NCBI GenBank assembly: GCA_012728415.1
Contig: JAAYFD010000047.1
Location: forward strand, 77,562 to 141,561
Source: Gammaproteobacteria bacterium
GTDB lineage: Bacteria > Pseudomonadota > Gammaproteobacteria > Pseudomonadales > Pseudomonadaceae
Length of the DNA: 64,000 nt
Direction of reading: 5' to 3'
A program made the translations under genes and the position numbers. Positions 8,631-16,053 of the stretch are shown here, in pieces (position 1 is the stretch's first letter; each line of letters begins with the position of its first letter). The notes below the pieces were generated by a model that saw only the letters and a list, made by a program, of their open reading frames with translations, searched no databases and was not told the origin of the DNA.

Positions 8631-8912
8631 TTATGTAACATCTTTGGCGTACTTTTTGAGCCATATTTCACTGAGAATTCTGCTCTGCGCTTGTCGAGCC
8701 AGCTCAATCAGTTCTTCGGCCAGTATTCTGGCGTTGTTATCGTCGGCGGCCAGGCTCAGTGCGTCCAAGCCCTCGATCAATCCAGCCAGAGAGCCCAAGT
8801 TATTGTTCAGGCTTTCAATGCTGTTGGCTGTCAAATCAACCAACGCATAATGCTCGGCTGTCTCGATGTATCGAGTGACCCGAGCCCTGCACCTTTCTCT
8901 GTATTCAGGCAT
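8631..8912 (-). CDS. Hypothetical helical protein
   Basis: ORF 8631..8999 trimmed to the ATG at 8912 (MPEYRERC..), which has an AGGAGA SD 7 nt upstream. Confidence 0.5.
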   Translation of the reverse strand: MPEYRERCRARVTRYIETAEHYALVDLTANSIESLNNNLGSLAGLIEGLDALSLAADDNNARILAEELIELARQAQSRILSEIWLKKYAKDVT

Positions 8913-8941
8913 GGTGCTCTCCTGGTTACTCCCGTTGTGTT

Positions 8942-9244
8942 TCAGGTGCCCACTGTTGCCAATGGGCACGAAAAACATTTGGTCGGTGTTTTGCGCCACC
9001 GCCGACTGGGCGCACTGTCAAATAATCTGACAGTGATCTCCACAACGCTTTCTTGTCGGGCTTCCCCACCGCTCATAACACTCACCAACTGGGCATCTTG
9101 TGCTATGGACCTGCGTTGCTTCGCGTGACCACATGCCGGGTCACGACAGGTTCCAGAGCCTGCATGGCCACGGGTATTTATTGCTCGCACTGCCTCAAAG
9201 AGAGGGTTGCCCGTGGGCGAGGATCTTGAGTTTTTAAAGAACAT
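8942..9244 (-). CDS. Possible first gene of the PL operon (basic, low-complexity; N-like only by position)
   Basis: 100-aa ORF starting about 35 nt after the predicted PL start. Its stop lies 30 nt before the next gene's ATG. The composition is unconvincing. Confidence 0.3.
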   Translation of the reverse strand: MFFKNSRSSPTGNPLFEAVRAINTRGHAGSGTCRDPACGHAKQRRSIAQDAQLVSVMSGGEARQESVVEITVRLFDSAPSRRWRKTPTKCFSCPLATVGT

Positions 9245-9285
9245 TCCGGATTCCCGGTAGCAGTGGTTGCTGCTGATGGGTGTAG

Positions 9286-9313
9286 ATTACAACTTAAAGT
9301 TGATTCATTGCAA
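9286..9313 (-). promoter_or_regulatory. PL-like leftward early promoter
   Basis: The reverse strand reads TTGCAA (9313-9308), 16 nt, TGTAAT (9291-9286). It is overlapped by an operator palindrome. Confidence 0.5.
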
Positions 9314-9349
9314 GCAAAATTTGCCATTGTTGTGATTTAAAGTTGTAAG
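9288..9349. promoter_or_regulatory. OL operators (two 17-bp imperfect palindromes)
   Basis: TACAACTTAAAGTTGAT (9288-9304) and GATTTAAAGTTGTAA (9334-9348). Same half-site as the OR sites. Confidence 0.55.
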
Positions 9350-9441
9350 TGTTTGATCTGAAAAGAATGGAAAGGTGTGGCCTGGAGTTGTGAGCGTAAG
9401 AAAAACTTGCAGTTTAGGTTGCAGGTCTAGTTTTTTGTCAC

Positions 9442-9464
9442 AAAAAAGCCCGCTCGGGGCGGGC
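9442..9464 (-). terminator. Intrinsic terminator of the cI transcript
   Basis: The reverse strand reads GCCCGC-CCCGA-GCGGGC followed by TTTTTT. Confidence 0.75.
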
Positions 9465-9496
9465 TGCTGGCTGCTGGCTGCTGGCTGCTGGCTGCT
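9464..9496. repeat. Heptamer microsatellite (CTGCTGG) x 4.7
   Basis: Read directly. It lies between the cI stop codon (9502-9504) and the cI terminator. Confidence 0.9.
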
Positions 9497-9501
9497 CAGC
9501 G

Positions 9502-10140
9502 TTACATGGGTTCGTACTTACCGATAACCACGCCAGCTATGTGGCAGTTGCTATTGATTTGAAAAATACGTTCAGGCCAGTCAGGATTCAAAGCCTTTAA
9601 AAAGTGATTGTCACCCTCGATCACCAGCTCCTTGAATGTGGCCTCCCGGCCGCCCGTCAGCTTGGCTATGACAAGACTTCCATGCCCGGCAGGGCGTTCG
9701 GGATCAACAAAGATCAGGTCGCCATCTTTAAATGATCTCTTGCCTCGCGGATCAAGCATCGACTCGCCTCGCACGCGAAGCACGAACGCCCTAGGGCTGT
9801 GTGCGACCGGGCAATGCAGCCAGTCCTCCGCCTCCGATGGGTCAAACACGTCCGCTATCTCCGTCCATTCTCCTGCTTGCACCCAGCTAATGAGCGGCAG
9901 CCTGCCTTTAATGCTCGGGCCGTGCTCTATGTTTCCAGACAGATCACCAACCATCAGGTGGCTGACTGTCGTGGACAGAATAGAGGCCAAAAGCTCTAGG
10001 CGCTTACCGCGTGGCACGTTTTGCGCGCTTTCCCACTTTTGAACAGCTTGCGGGGAAACGGATAAACGTCGAGCCAGCTCCGACTGTGAGAGACCGGCGG
10101 CTTCACGGCATGCAATCAGTCGTTCAGGGAATTTCTTCAT
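9502..10140 (-). CDS. cI: CI-like prophage repressor (XRE HTH + S24 LexA-type autopeptidase)
   Basis: MKKFPERLIACREAAGLSQSELARRLSVSPQAVQKWE.. N-terminus and C-terminal ..VRGESM..GDLIFVDP..KLTGGREATFKEL.. Divergent from the cro-like gene. Confidence 0.92.
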   Translation of the reverse strand: MKKFPERLIACREAAGLSQSELARRLSVSPQAVQKWESAQNVPRGKRLELLASILSTTVSHLMVGDLSGNIEHGPSIKGRLPLISWVQAGEWTEIADVFDPSEAEDWLHCPVAHSPRAFVLRVRGESMLDPRGKRSFKDGDLIFVDPERPAGHGSLVIAKLTGGREATFKELVIEGDNHFLKALNPDWPERIFQINSNCHIAGVVIGKYEPM

Positions 10141-10150
10141 ACACCAACAA

Positions 10151-10226
10151 TACAACTCTGGGTTGTATCTGTCACTGCAATTGTAACTTGTAGCTGTTTC
10201 GTTTATTCTGTAACTTTAAGTTGAAG
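10151..10226. promoter_or_regulatory. OR operator cluster with divergent PRM/PR region
   Basis: TACAACTCTGGGTTGTA (10151-10167), TTGTAACTTGTAG (10181-10193) and GTAACTTTAAGTTGAAG (10210-10226). PR candidates are TTGTAA-17-TATTCT or TTGTAG-17-TAACTT. Confidence 0.55.
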
Positions 10227-10243
10227 CGTTGAAGGGAGAGATC

Positions 10244-10441
10244 ATGAAGAAAAACGCGATCCAGCGAGCGGCTGACGCTGTCGGAGGGCAGTCGGCATTG
10301 GCAAGGTTGCTGTCGTGCACGCCCCAAGCTGTTCAGAAAATGTGTGCGACCGGTCGCGTTCCGGCTGAACGAGTGCTGAAAATCGAGAAAGAGACCGGGG
10401 TGTCACGTCATGAGCTTAGGCCAGATCTGTACCCAGTTTAA
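10244..10441 (+). CDS. cro: Cro/YdaS-like HTH regulator
   Basis: MKKNAIQRAADAVGGQSALARLLSCTPQAVQKM.. GGAGAG SD before the ATG at 10244. Divergent from cI. Confidence 0.8.
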   Translation: MKKNAIQRAADAVGGQSALARLLSCTPQAVQKMCATGRVPAERVLKIEKETGVSRHELRPDLYPV

Positions 10442-10451
10442 AACACAGGCA

Positions 10452-10516
10452 ATAAAAAAGCCCCTGAGTCTCGACACCAAGGGGCTTTTCCGCGCGGCCA
10501 AGGCCGCCTCAACACG
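10452..10516 (-). ncRNA. Candidate sar/oop-like antisense RNA (about 64 nt)
   Basis: Reverse-strand promoter TTGTAA (10551-10546), 17 nt, TAATAT (10528-10523) sits over the antirepressor start codon. The predicted transcript runs to the minus-strand terminator. Confidence 0.35.
10454..10489. terminator. Bidirectional hairpin terminator (strong on the minus strand, weak on the plus strand)
   Basis: Stem GCCCCT/AGGGGC (10460-10465 / 10480-10485) flanked by A6 upstream and T4 downstream. Confidence 0.6.
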
Positions 10517-10529
10517 GAGTTGATATTAC

Positions 10530-11219
10530 ATGAGAGATTTAACGGTTACAACAGCGGCAAGCATGAGCAGCAGGGAAATTGCTGATCTGGTTGAGTCGCG
10601 CCATGACAACGTGCGAGTGACCATCGAGCGGCTGGCTTCGCGGGCTGTAATTGCTTTACCTGCAATGCAGGAAAAGGCCACTGCAGGCCGTCCGGCCAAG
10701 GAGTACATCTTCAGCGGAGAGCAGGGCAAGCGCGACAGCATTATTGTGGTGGCCCAGCTATCCCCGGAGTTCACCGCTCGACTGGTTGACCGGTGGCAAG
10801 AGCTGGAGTCACGGCAGCATGTCGCGATTCCGCAAACCTACGCTGAAGCACTTCTCGAAGCCGGCCGCCTGGCGAAGATCGCCGAGGAGCAGGCCGCGCA
10901 ACTGGCCATCGCCGCACCCAAAGCCGAGTTCGTCGACAAGTACGTTGAATCCACCGGTCTGAAAGGCTTTCGCCAGGTCGCCAAGCTGCTCAAGGCCAAC
11001 GAGGCGCGTTTTCGTGAGTTCCTGGTAGACCGAAAGATCATGTACCGCCTGGGAGGCGAATGGCACGCCTACCAGAACCACATCGACGCTGGCCGCTTCG
11101 ACGTGAAGACCGGCTCCAGTGATTCCGGCCACGCCTTCAACCAAACCAAATTCACACCCAAGGGCGTCAACTGGATTGCCGGCCTATGGGCGCAGCACAA
11201 CCTGCAAGGGGCGGCGTAA
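10530..11219 (+). CDS. Antirepressor-type protein (Rha N-terminal domain + KilAC/ANT C-terminal domain)
   Basis: ..MSSREIADLVESRHDNVRVTIERL.. (Rha-like) and ..PKAEFVDKYVESTGLKGFRQVAKLL..NEARFREFL (KilAC-like). Confidence 0.75.
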   Translation: MRDLTVTTAASMSSREIADLVESRHDNVRVTIERLASRAVIALPAMQEKATAGRPAKEYIFSGEQGKRDSIIVVAQLSPEFTARLVDRWQELESRQHVAIPQTYAEALLEAGRLAKIAEEQAAQLAIAAPKAEFVDKYVESTGLKGFRQVAKLLKANEARFREFLVDRKIMYRLGGEWHAYQNHIDAGRFDVKTGSSDSGHAFNQTKFTPKGVNWIAGLWAQHNLQGAA

Positions 11220-12226
11220 TGCAGTACGCACTCACCATCAATCAAGCCAGGGCGTTGGAGTGGGGCTTAAATGCCCAGCAAGCGCTGCTGTTCTCATTTG
11301 TCTATGAATGCCCGAGCTGGGCCAAGTCGATATCGAGTGAAGATGGCGTCTTCTTCGCGTTGAGCAAGGCCAAAATCGTTGAAGAGCTGCCCCTTTTAAC
11401 TGACAAACCAGACACTGCTTACAGGCTTTTGAAGCAATTACAGGCGGCCGGTTTAATTGAGCTATCCAGCACATCAAAAATCACCCTTGTGCGACTGACT
11501 GAAAAAGCTAAGTGCTGGAATAAAAAGCATGACGGGTCGGAAATATATCCGAGCAAGAGGCGCGGAAAAAAATCCGAGGTCGGAAATAAATCCGATGTAG
11601 GTCGGAAAAATATCCGAGGTAAGGTCGGAAAAATATCCGAGCTGAGGTCGGAAAAAAATCCGACAAATCAGTATACCAATAATCAGGGTACCAATAATCA
11701 GGATACCAGTAATACTTTGGCGCAGGCCGCTGACGCGACCATGCCTGCCGTGGGTGAGCTGATGCCAGCCGACGACCCTGTCCAGCCCAAAGTCGAAATC
11801 CCTGCGGACATGCCAGGGCCGAAAGACCCGAAAGCCAAAACGTTCAAGACCTGGGCCAACTACGCAATCACTTATCGCCGTCGTTACGGTGTCTGGCCGG
11901 TGTGGAATGCCAGAGTCGCAGGACAACTTGGCAACTTGATCGACCGCATTGGCCATGACGCCGCGCCGAAGGTGGCCGCGTACTACCTGAGTATTTCCGA
12001 TCAGCGGTTTATCACTGAGCAGCACAGCGTTGGTCTGCTGCTGGCCCGTGCCGAAGCACTGCACACCCAATGGGCTACCGGCACCCGTGTCAATTCAACC
12101 ACAGCACGCCAGAACGAGCGCACAGCAGCAAACTTTGAAGCTGCCCAGACTGCAATCGGCAGACTGACTGGTGAAGCTCCAGCAGCAGGAGGATCGATTT
12201 ATGACAACCCGTTCTACGTCCGCTGA
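11219..12226 (+). CDS. Replication initiator (lambda O-like architecture with internal iterons)
   Basis: MQYALTINQARALEWGLNAQQALLFSF.. winged-helix-like N-terminus. The start ATG overlaps the upstream TAA. Iterons lie in the linker-coding region. Confidence 0.7.
   Translation: MQYALTINQARALEWGLNAQQALLFSFVYECPSWAKSISSEDGVFFALSKAKIVEELPLLTDKPDTAYRLLKQLQAAGLIELSSTSKITLVRLTEKAKCWNKKHDGSEIYPSKRRGKKSEVGNKSDVGRKNIRGKVGKISELRSEKNPTNQYTNNQGTNNQDTSNTLAQAADATMPAVGELMPADDPVQPKVEIPADMPGPKDPKAKTFKTWANYAITYRRRYGVWPVWNARVAGQLGNLIDRIGHDAAPKVAAYYLSISDQRFITEQHSVGLLLARAEALHTQWATGTRVNSTTARQNERTAANFEAAQTAIGRLTGEAPAAGGSIYDNPFYVR
11535..11712. repeat. Putative phage origin: six iterons GGTCGGAAAWAWATCCGA plus a tandem GGTACCAATAATCA-type repeat
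   Basis: Iterons at 11535, 11562, 11578, 11600, 11623 and 11646. Each contains the TCGGA..TCCGA inverted pair. They are followed by an A/T-richer tandem repeat at 11671-11712. Confidence 0.75.
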
Positions 12227-13001
12227 CCGCTTGGCTGGAATTGCCCAAATCATCACGGCAACCGCTGAGGTGCTTGGCCATGAAATCACTCCAGCAGCAG
12301 TCGAGATGATGGCGCTGGACTTGGCTGAATACCCTGACCAGCAAATCGCACTGGCCCTGCAAGCGTGCCGCCGCGAACTGACTGGCCGCCTGACTCTGGC
12401 CGCCATACTTGAGCGCATTGCCGTGCTGGATGGCCACCCCGAACCGAATGAGGCATGGGCAATCGCTCTGAGAGCGTCAGATGAAACCGCATCAGCAGCT
12501 ATGACGGCAGAAATCGCAACGGCCCTGCATGCCTCCAGCCCTGTACTGGCCGCCGGTGACGAAGTGGGTGCCCGCATGGCTTTCATCGACAGTTACAAGC
12601 GCTGCTTGATGGAGTCGCGGCGGGAGCGCAAACCGGTGCGCTGGTACTTGTCGCCCGGCCATTGTCCGCATGGTCGCCTTAGCGAAATTGAGCGCATGAA
12701 GCGGGAAGGGATGATCGGAGAGACCGAGAAAACCCAGCTGATCGAGCAGCACACGCAGCAGGCCTTGTTGACTTCGCCGGAAGTGGGCGCGGTTGTCGCC
12801 CTGATTACCGGAAAGCCGGCCAGCCAGTCGCTGACGAATGCGGAGCAGATCGAGCGCGCAAGAATGCTGCGTGAACAGGTCGAGAAACAAAATCAGAAAA
12901 CCCTGCAGCAGCAGGAAGAGACCAGGCAGCAGGAGCGCGCCCGTCACGAGCAGCTGCTGAAGCGTCACGCCGAAGCACTGGCCATTTTGGAGGGTCACTG
13001 A
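12201..13001 (+). CDS. Replication-module protein (possible helicase-loader or accessory protein)
   Basis: AGGAGGA SD before the ATG at 12201. Sits downstream of the initiator. The function is positional only. Confidence 0.5.
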   Translation: MTTRSTSADRLAGIAQIITATAEVLGHEITPAAVEMMALDLAEYPDQQIALALQACRRELTGRLTLAAILERIAVLDGHPEPNEAWAIALRASDETASAAMTAEIATALHASSPVLAAGDEVGARMAFIDSYKRCLMESRRERKPVRWYLSPGHCPHGRLSEIERMKREGMIGETEKTQLIEQHTQQALLTSPEVGAVVALITGKPASQSLTNAEQIERARMLREQVEKQNQKTLQQQEETRQQERARHEQLLKRHAEALAILEGH

Positions 13002-13474
13002 TGGAGCTGATGCTGATGAAAACACCTGCCGGCGCACTGGTTCCTGTGGACAGCGAAAGCCAGGAGCTGCTGGGCAAACTGCCTGTCGGCCAAGGGTTGC
13101 GCGGCAAGTACAGCAGGGCGCGAAACCTACAATTTCACCGAAAAATGTTTGCCCTGTTCAAGCTGGCTTTTGACGCATGGGAGCCTGACGACAGCATGCA
13201 ATACAAGGGCCAGCCAGTGGCCAAGGACTTTGACCGGTTCCGCAAGGACATGACGATTCTGGCGGGGTTTTTTAACCCGGTGGTGAATGTTCGGGGCGAG
13301 ATTCGACTTGAGGCGGAAAGCCTGTCGTTTGCATCAATGAAGGAAGAGCGTTTCGAGCAGGTGTTCAAGGCGGTGCTGACAGCGGTTTGGACCCGGGTAC
13401 TGCAAACGGCTGGGTACAGGAATGAGCAGGAAGTTGAGCGGGTTCTGGAAGAATTATTGAGGTTTGAGCAGTGA
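13001..13474 (+). CDS. DUF1367-like nin-region protein
   Basis: ..KTPAGALVPVD..LRGKYSRARNLQFHRKMFALFKLAFDAWEP.. resembles lambdoid DUF1367 proteins. Confidence 0.6.
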   Translation: MELMLMKTPAGALVPVDSESQELLGKLPVGQGLRGKYSRARNLQFHRKMFALFKLAFDAWEPDDSMQYKGQPVAKDFDRFRKDMTILAGFFNPVVNVRGEIRLEAESLSFASMKEERFEQVFKAVLTAVWTRVLQTAGYRNEQEVERVLEELLRFEQ

Positions 13475-13767
13475 GTAAATTGCGGAAAGCGGCAAAAGGC
13501 AGGCAGTGCCAGATCAGGATTACATGCGTGTGTAACGGAGACTCAGAGACGACCGTGCTAGCCCATTACCGGATGTCTGGCCTGTGCGGCACCGGCACCA
13601 AGCCGAGTGATTTTGTCGGGGCGCACGCCTGTTCTGCCTGCCATGACCAAGTTGATGGCCGGAGTAAGCCGCTCTACCCGAAGGACAAGCTGCGGCTATG
13701 GCACCTTGAGGGAGTGGTGCGCACGCTTTCGCAGCTGGAAAAAGAGGGCTTAGTGGGGGCGAAGTGA
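13471..13767 (+). CDS. DUF1364 (YbcO-like) nin-region protein
   Basis: MSKLRKAAKGRQCQIRI..CNGDSETTVLAHYR..GTKPSD..ACSACHD pattern. Confidence 0.6.
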   Translation: MSKLRKAAKGRQCQIRITCVCNGDSETTVLAHYRMSGLCGTGTKPSDFVGAHACSACHDQVDGRSKPLYPKDKLRLWHLEGVVRTLSQLEKEGLVGAK

Positions 13768-13868
13768 TGGCGTGGATCTGGAAAGGCTTGATCCTGTTTT
13801 TAGTGCTGGCGGTAACCGTTCCGCTGGTGGTCGGCAGTTTTATCGAGAAGGGCAGCAAACATGAGTGA
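13767..13868 (+). CDS. Possible 33-aa membrane peptide
   Basis: MAWIWKGLILFLVLAVTVPLVVGSFIEKGSKHE. Its start overlaps the upstream stop and it is below the ORF-track size cut-off. Confidence 0.3.
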   Translation: MAWIWKGLILFLVLAVTVPLVVGSFIEKGSKHE

Positions 13869-14415
13869 GATTCAAAAAACATTGGCCGATCGTGGCACAA
13901 CCTACGGCAGCTTCAAGGACGTGGCCAACTTGAGCCAAAGCTTGCAGGCGACCATGCGTAACAGCAAGAACTGGGGCAGCATGCAGAACGAAATGCGTGA
14001 AGCACTGCAGACAATCAGCTCGAAGATTGCCCGTATTCTGAACGGTGATCCGAATCATGCTGATAGCTGGCACGACATTGCCGGGTACGCGACGCTCGTT
14101 GAGAAAGAGCTATCGGGCCAGATCACGCCCGACTGGAATGCCGCAGAGAAGCGCATGGACATAATCGGCCCAAACGGCAACGACGGCACCCACTACGACA
14201 CGCTGGTACTGCCGGAAGACGTAATCATTCCCGAGTCGGCGCATTTTATTGACGTTTACGAAAACGGGCAGATGTTCGCGCACGATCTGAGGCCGGCTTT
14301 GGTGCAAGGCCGCTGGCATGCCGCTGCTGGTAACCAGTACATCGGCTTGGGTGACGGCTCGCAAGCGGGGCTGTATGAGCGCATGCCGGGGGATATCTGG
14401 GTAAGGGCTGACTGA
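13861..14415 (+). CDS. Hypothetical phage protein
   Basis: 184-aa ORF. The N-terminal ..RGTTYGSF..KIARILNGDPNHADSWHDIAGYATL.. resembles a phage domain of unknown function. Confidence 0.55.
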   Translation: MSEIQKTLADRGTTYGSFKDVANLSQSLQATMRNSKNWGSMQNEMREALQTISSKIARILNGDPNHADSWHDIAGYATLVEKELSGQITPDWNAAEKRMDIIGPNGNDGTHYDTLVLPEDVIIPESAHFIDVYENGQMFAHDLRPALVQGRWHAAAGNQYIGLGDGSQAGLYERMPGDIWVRAD

Positions 14416-14624
14416 TGCGTTGGCAGCAGAGAAAAGACCGAGACGGCAACCCAGTACCTAACTGCTGGGTGTCTGGTGATTACATCGTTGCCCGAGTGAC
14501 GATCGGAACAGCGAAGCGTTTCATCGTCACGGCACCAGGGCAGCGCAAGCCGTTCCTGTATGCAGACAGTCGTGACGAAGTAATCCAAGGGATCAAAGAA
14601 CATAGGCAGGAGATGGCAGCGTGA
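14415..14624 (+). CDS. Hypothetical phage protein
   Basis: 69-aa ORF, ATGA-coupled at both ends. Confidence 0.5.
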   Translation: MRWQQRKDRDGNPVPNCWVSGDYIVARVTIGTAKRFIVTAPGQRKPFLYADSRDEVIQGIKEHRQEMAA

Positions 14625-15007
14625 GCAAAGCAGAGGAAGAGCTGAGTTTGCACTTACGGGCGGAAGATATTGAGTTTGTGCGAGAGCACCGATTTGGTGC
14701 TGAGGCAGCAGGTGGTCCGGGCAAGGGCCTGCGCCAACGGCTTGCCGATGCCGGACTGAAAGACTGGCGGTTCGACTTCGCCATGCCGGATCAAATGCTG
14801 GCCGTGGAAGTTGAGGGCGGCGGATGGTCCCAAGGAAGGCATACGCGGGGAAAAGGTTTTGCCGAAGACCTGCGCAAGTACGATGCAGCCATGCGCCTGG
14901 GCTGGGTTGTGTACCGGTGTTCGCCGGAGATGGTGAGCAGTGGCAGGGCGATAAACACGATCAAGTCTCTAATTGAAACTCGACGCAAGGAACAATCATG
15001 CGCTTAA
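14621..15007 (+). CDS. PD-(D/E)xK endonuclease-like protein (DUF559/Vsr-like)
   Basis: ..WRFDFAMPDQMLAVEVEGGGWSQGRHTRGKGFAEDLRKYDAAMRLGWVVYRC.. pattern. Confidence 0.55.
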   Translation: MSKAEEELSLHLRAEDIEFVREHRFGAEAAGGPGKGLRQRLADAGLKDWRFDFAMPDQMLAVEVEGGGWSQGRHTRGKGFAEDLRKYDAAMRLGWVVYRCSPEMVSSGRAINTIKSLIETRRKEQSCA

Positions 15008-15591
15008 TCTCCGCTCGCCAGGTGTGGCATGACGCAACACTGACAGGCTGCCGAAGCAGCTTTGAGGCGCTGGTCGAAGCCGAGCGCCTGGGTATTCGGG
15101 TGCAAACGACTGACATCAGCCACACTTCCGGACAGATCGTGCACAGCGTGCTTGCTGGTCACGTGCTATCTGCAATCGACAAACTGCCGAGTCATGTCCG
15201 GGCCTTCGGCAACGCTATGTATGCGGCCAACCCAAGTGCTGACGATCTGGATACAGCGCGGCACATAGTATTCAACATGGCGTACACGACCTACAACAGC
15301 CAGATGTATGCGAAGAAGTACGACAAAGCGCTGTATGTGGCCATGGCCGTGTTTGACGGGTACCGGAGACGGCACCAGGGCGGGCAGTCGGAAGGGCAGG
15401 ATATGTTTCCTTCGCCGGCAAGCTTCAGGGGGTATTTGGAGGATGAGTACGGAGTAAAGCTGCAATCAACAGCCTGGGATAGAGAATGGGGTGACTTTAT
15501 ACGCTGCTGCGAAACCGCGTGCGATGATATGGACAGGCTGTCACTGGCACCGATAGGAGCGCTGCTTTATCGACTGAAAGATACGGCTTGA
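14998..15591 (+). CDS. Putative late-gene regulator (Q-like by position only)
   Basis: Last gene before a promoter-plus-terminator unit and the late operon. No clear sequence match recalled. Confidence 0.4.
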   Translation: MRLISARQVWHDATLTGCRSSFEALVEAERLGIRVQTTDISHTSGQIVHSVLAGHVLSAIDKLPSHVRAFGNAMYAANPSADDLDTARHIVFNMAYTTYNSQMYAKKYDKALYVAMAVFDGYRRRHQGGQSEGQDMFPSPASFRGYLEDEYGVKLQSTAWDREWGDFIRCCETACDDMDRLSLAPIGALLYRLKDTA

Positions 15592-15605
15592 CTAAATGCA
15601 CGGAT

Positions 15606-15634
15606 TTGACGTACTATTTCTCACAATTCACAGT
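15606..15634 (+). promoter_or_regulatory. Putative late promoter (PR'-like)
   Basis: TTGACG (15606-15611), 17 nt, CACAGT (15629-15634). The -10 is weak. Confidence 0.35.
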
Positions 15635-15674
15635 TGCGCCTATGCAAAGCAAAGTCGCAAAAAACAGCATTTTA

Positions 15675-15704
15675 AGCCCTGGCCAATGTGCCGGGGCTTT
15701 TTTA
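15675..15704 (+). terminator. Intrinsic terminator (tR'-like) just upstream of the holin gene
   Basis: AGCCCTGG-CCAATGTG-CCGGGGCT followed by TTTTTT. Confidence 0.7.
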
Positions 15705-15729
15705 TTTCAGCCCCAGAAGGGTATTAGGG

Positions 15730-16053
15730 ATGATTAGGATGCCTGAGAAAAACCCCGACCTGTTGGCCAGCATTGCTGCCTGGTGGGCGCTCCATCAGGC
15801 GTCCATTCACGCCATGTTTTTGTCCATGGCTGTCGCCGTAGTCCGCGTAATCTACGGCGGTGGCAAGCTCAGGCAAATGATTCTCGAAGCTGTGCTGTGC
15901 GGACTTGCCACTCTGTCGCTGATACCTCTTCTGGAATGGCTGGGGCTTCCGCAGTCCATGGCCAGCTTTATCGGCGGCATGGTCGGATTCCTAGGTGTCG
16001 ATAAGCTGCGTGATCTGGCTGAGCAGTTCGGTAGGCGGCAGGTATCTAAGTAG
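15730..16053 (+). CDS. Holin, lambda S family, with dual-start motif
   Basis: MIRMPEKNPDLLASIAAWW.. parallels lambda S MKMPEKHDLLAAILAA.. There are two Met codons (15730, 15739) and predicted TM helices. Confidence 0.8.
   Translation: MIRMPEKNPDLLASIAAWWALHQASIHAMFLSMAVAVVRVIYGGGKLRQMILEAVLCGLATLSLIPLLEWLGLPQSMASFIGGMVGFLGVDKLRDLAEQFGRRQVSK

Noticed and set aside
9464-9496. The tandem CTGCTGG repeats considered as a CRISPR array or as Chi sites
   Set aside because: They are contiguous 7-bp units with no spacers, so this is a microsatellite and not a CRISPR array. The unit is not the GCTGGTGG Chi octamer. No CRISPR-like array was seen anywhere in the window.
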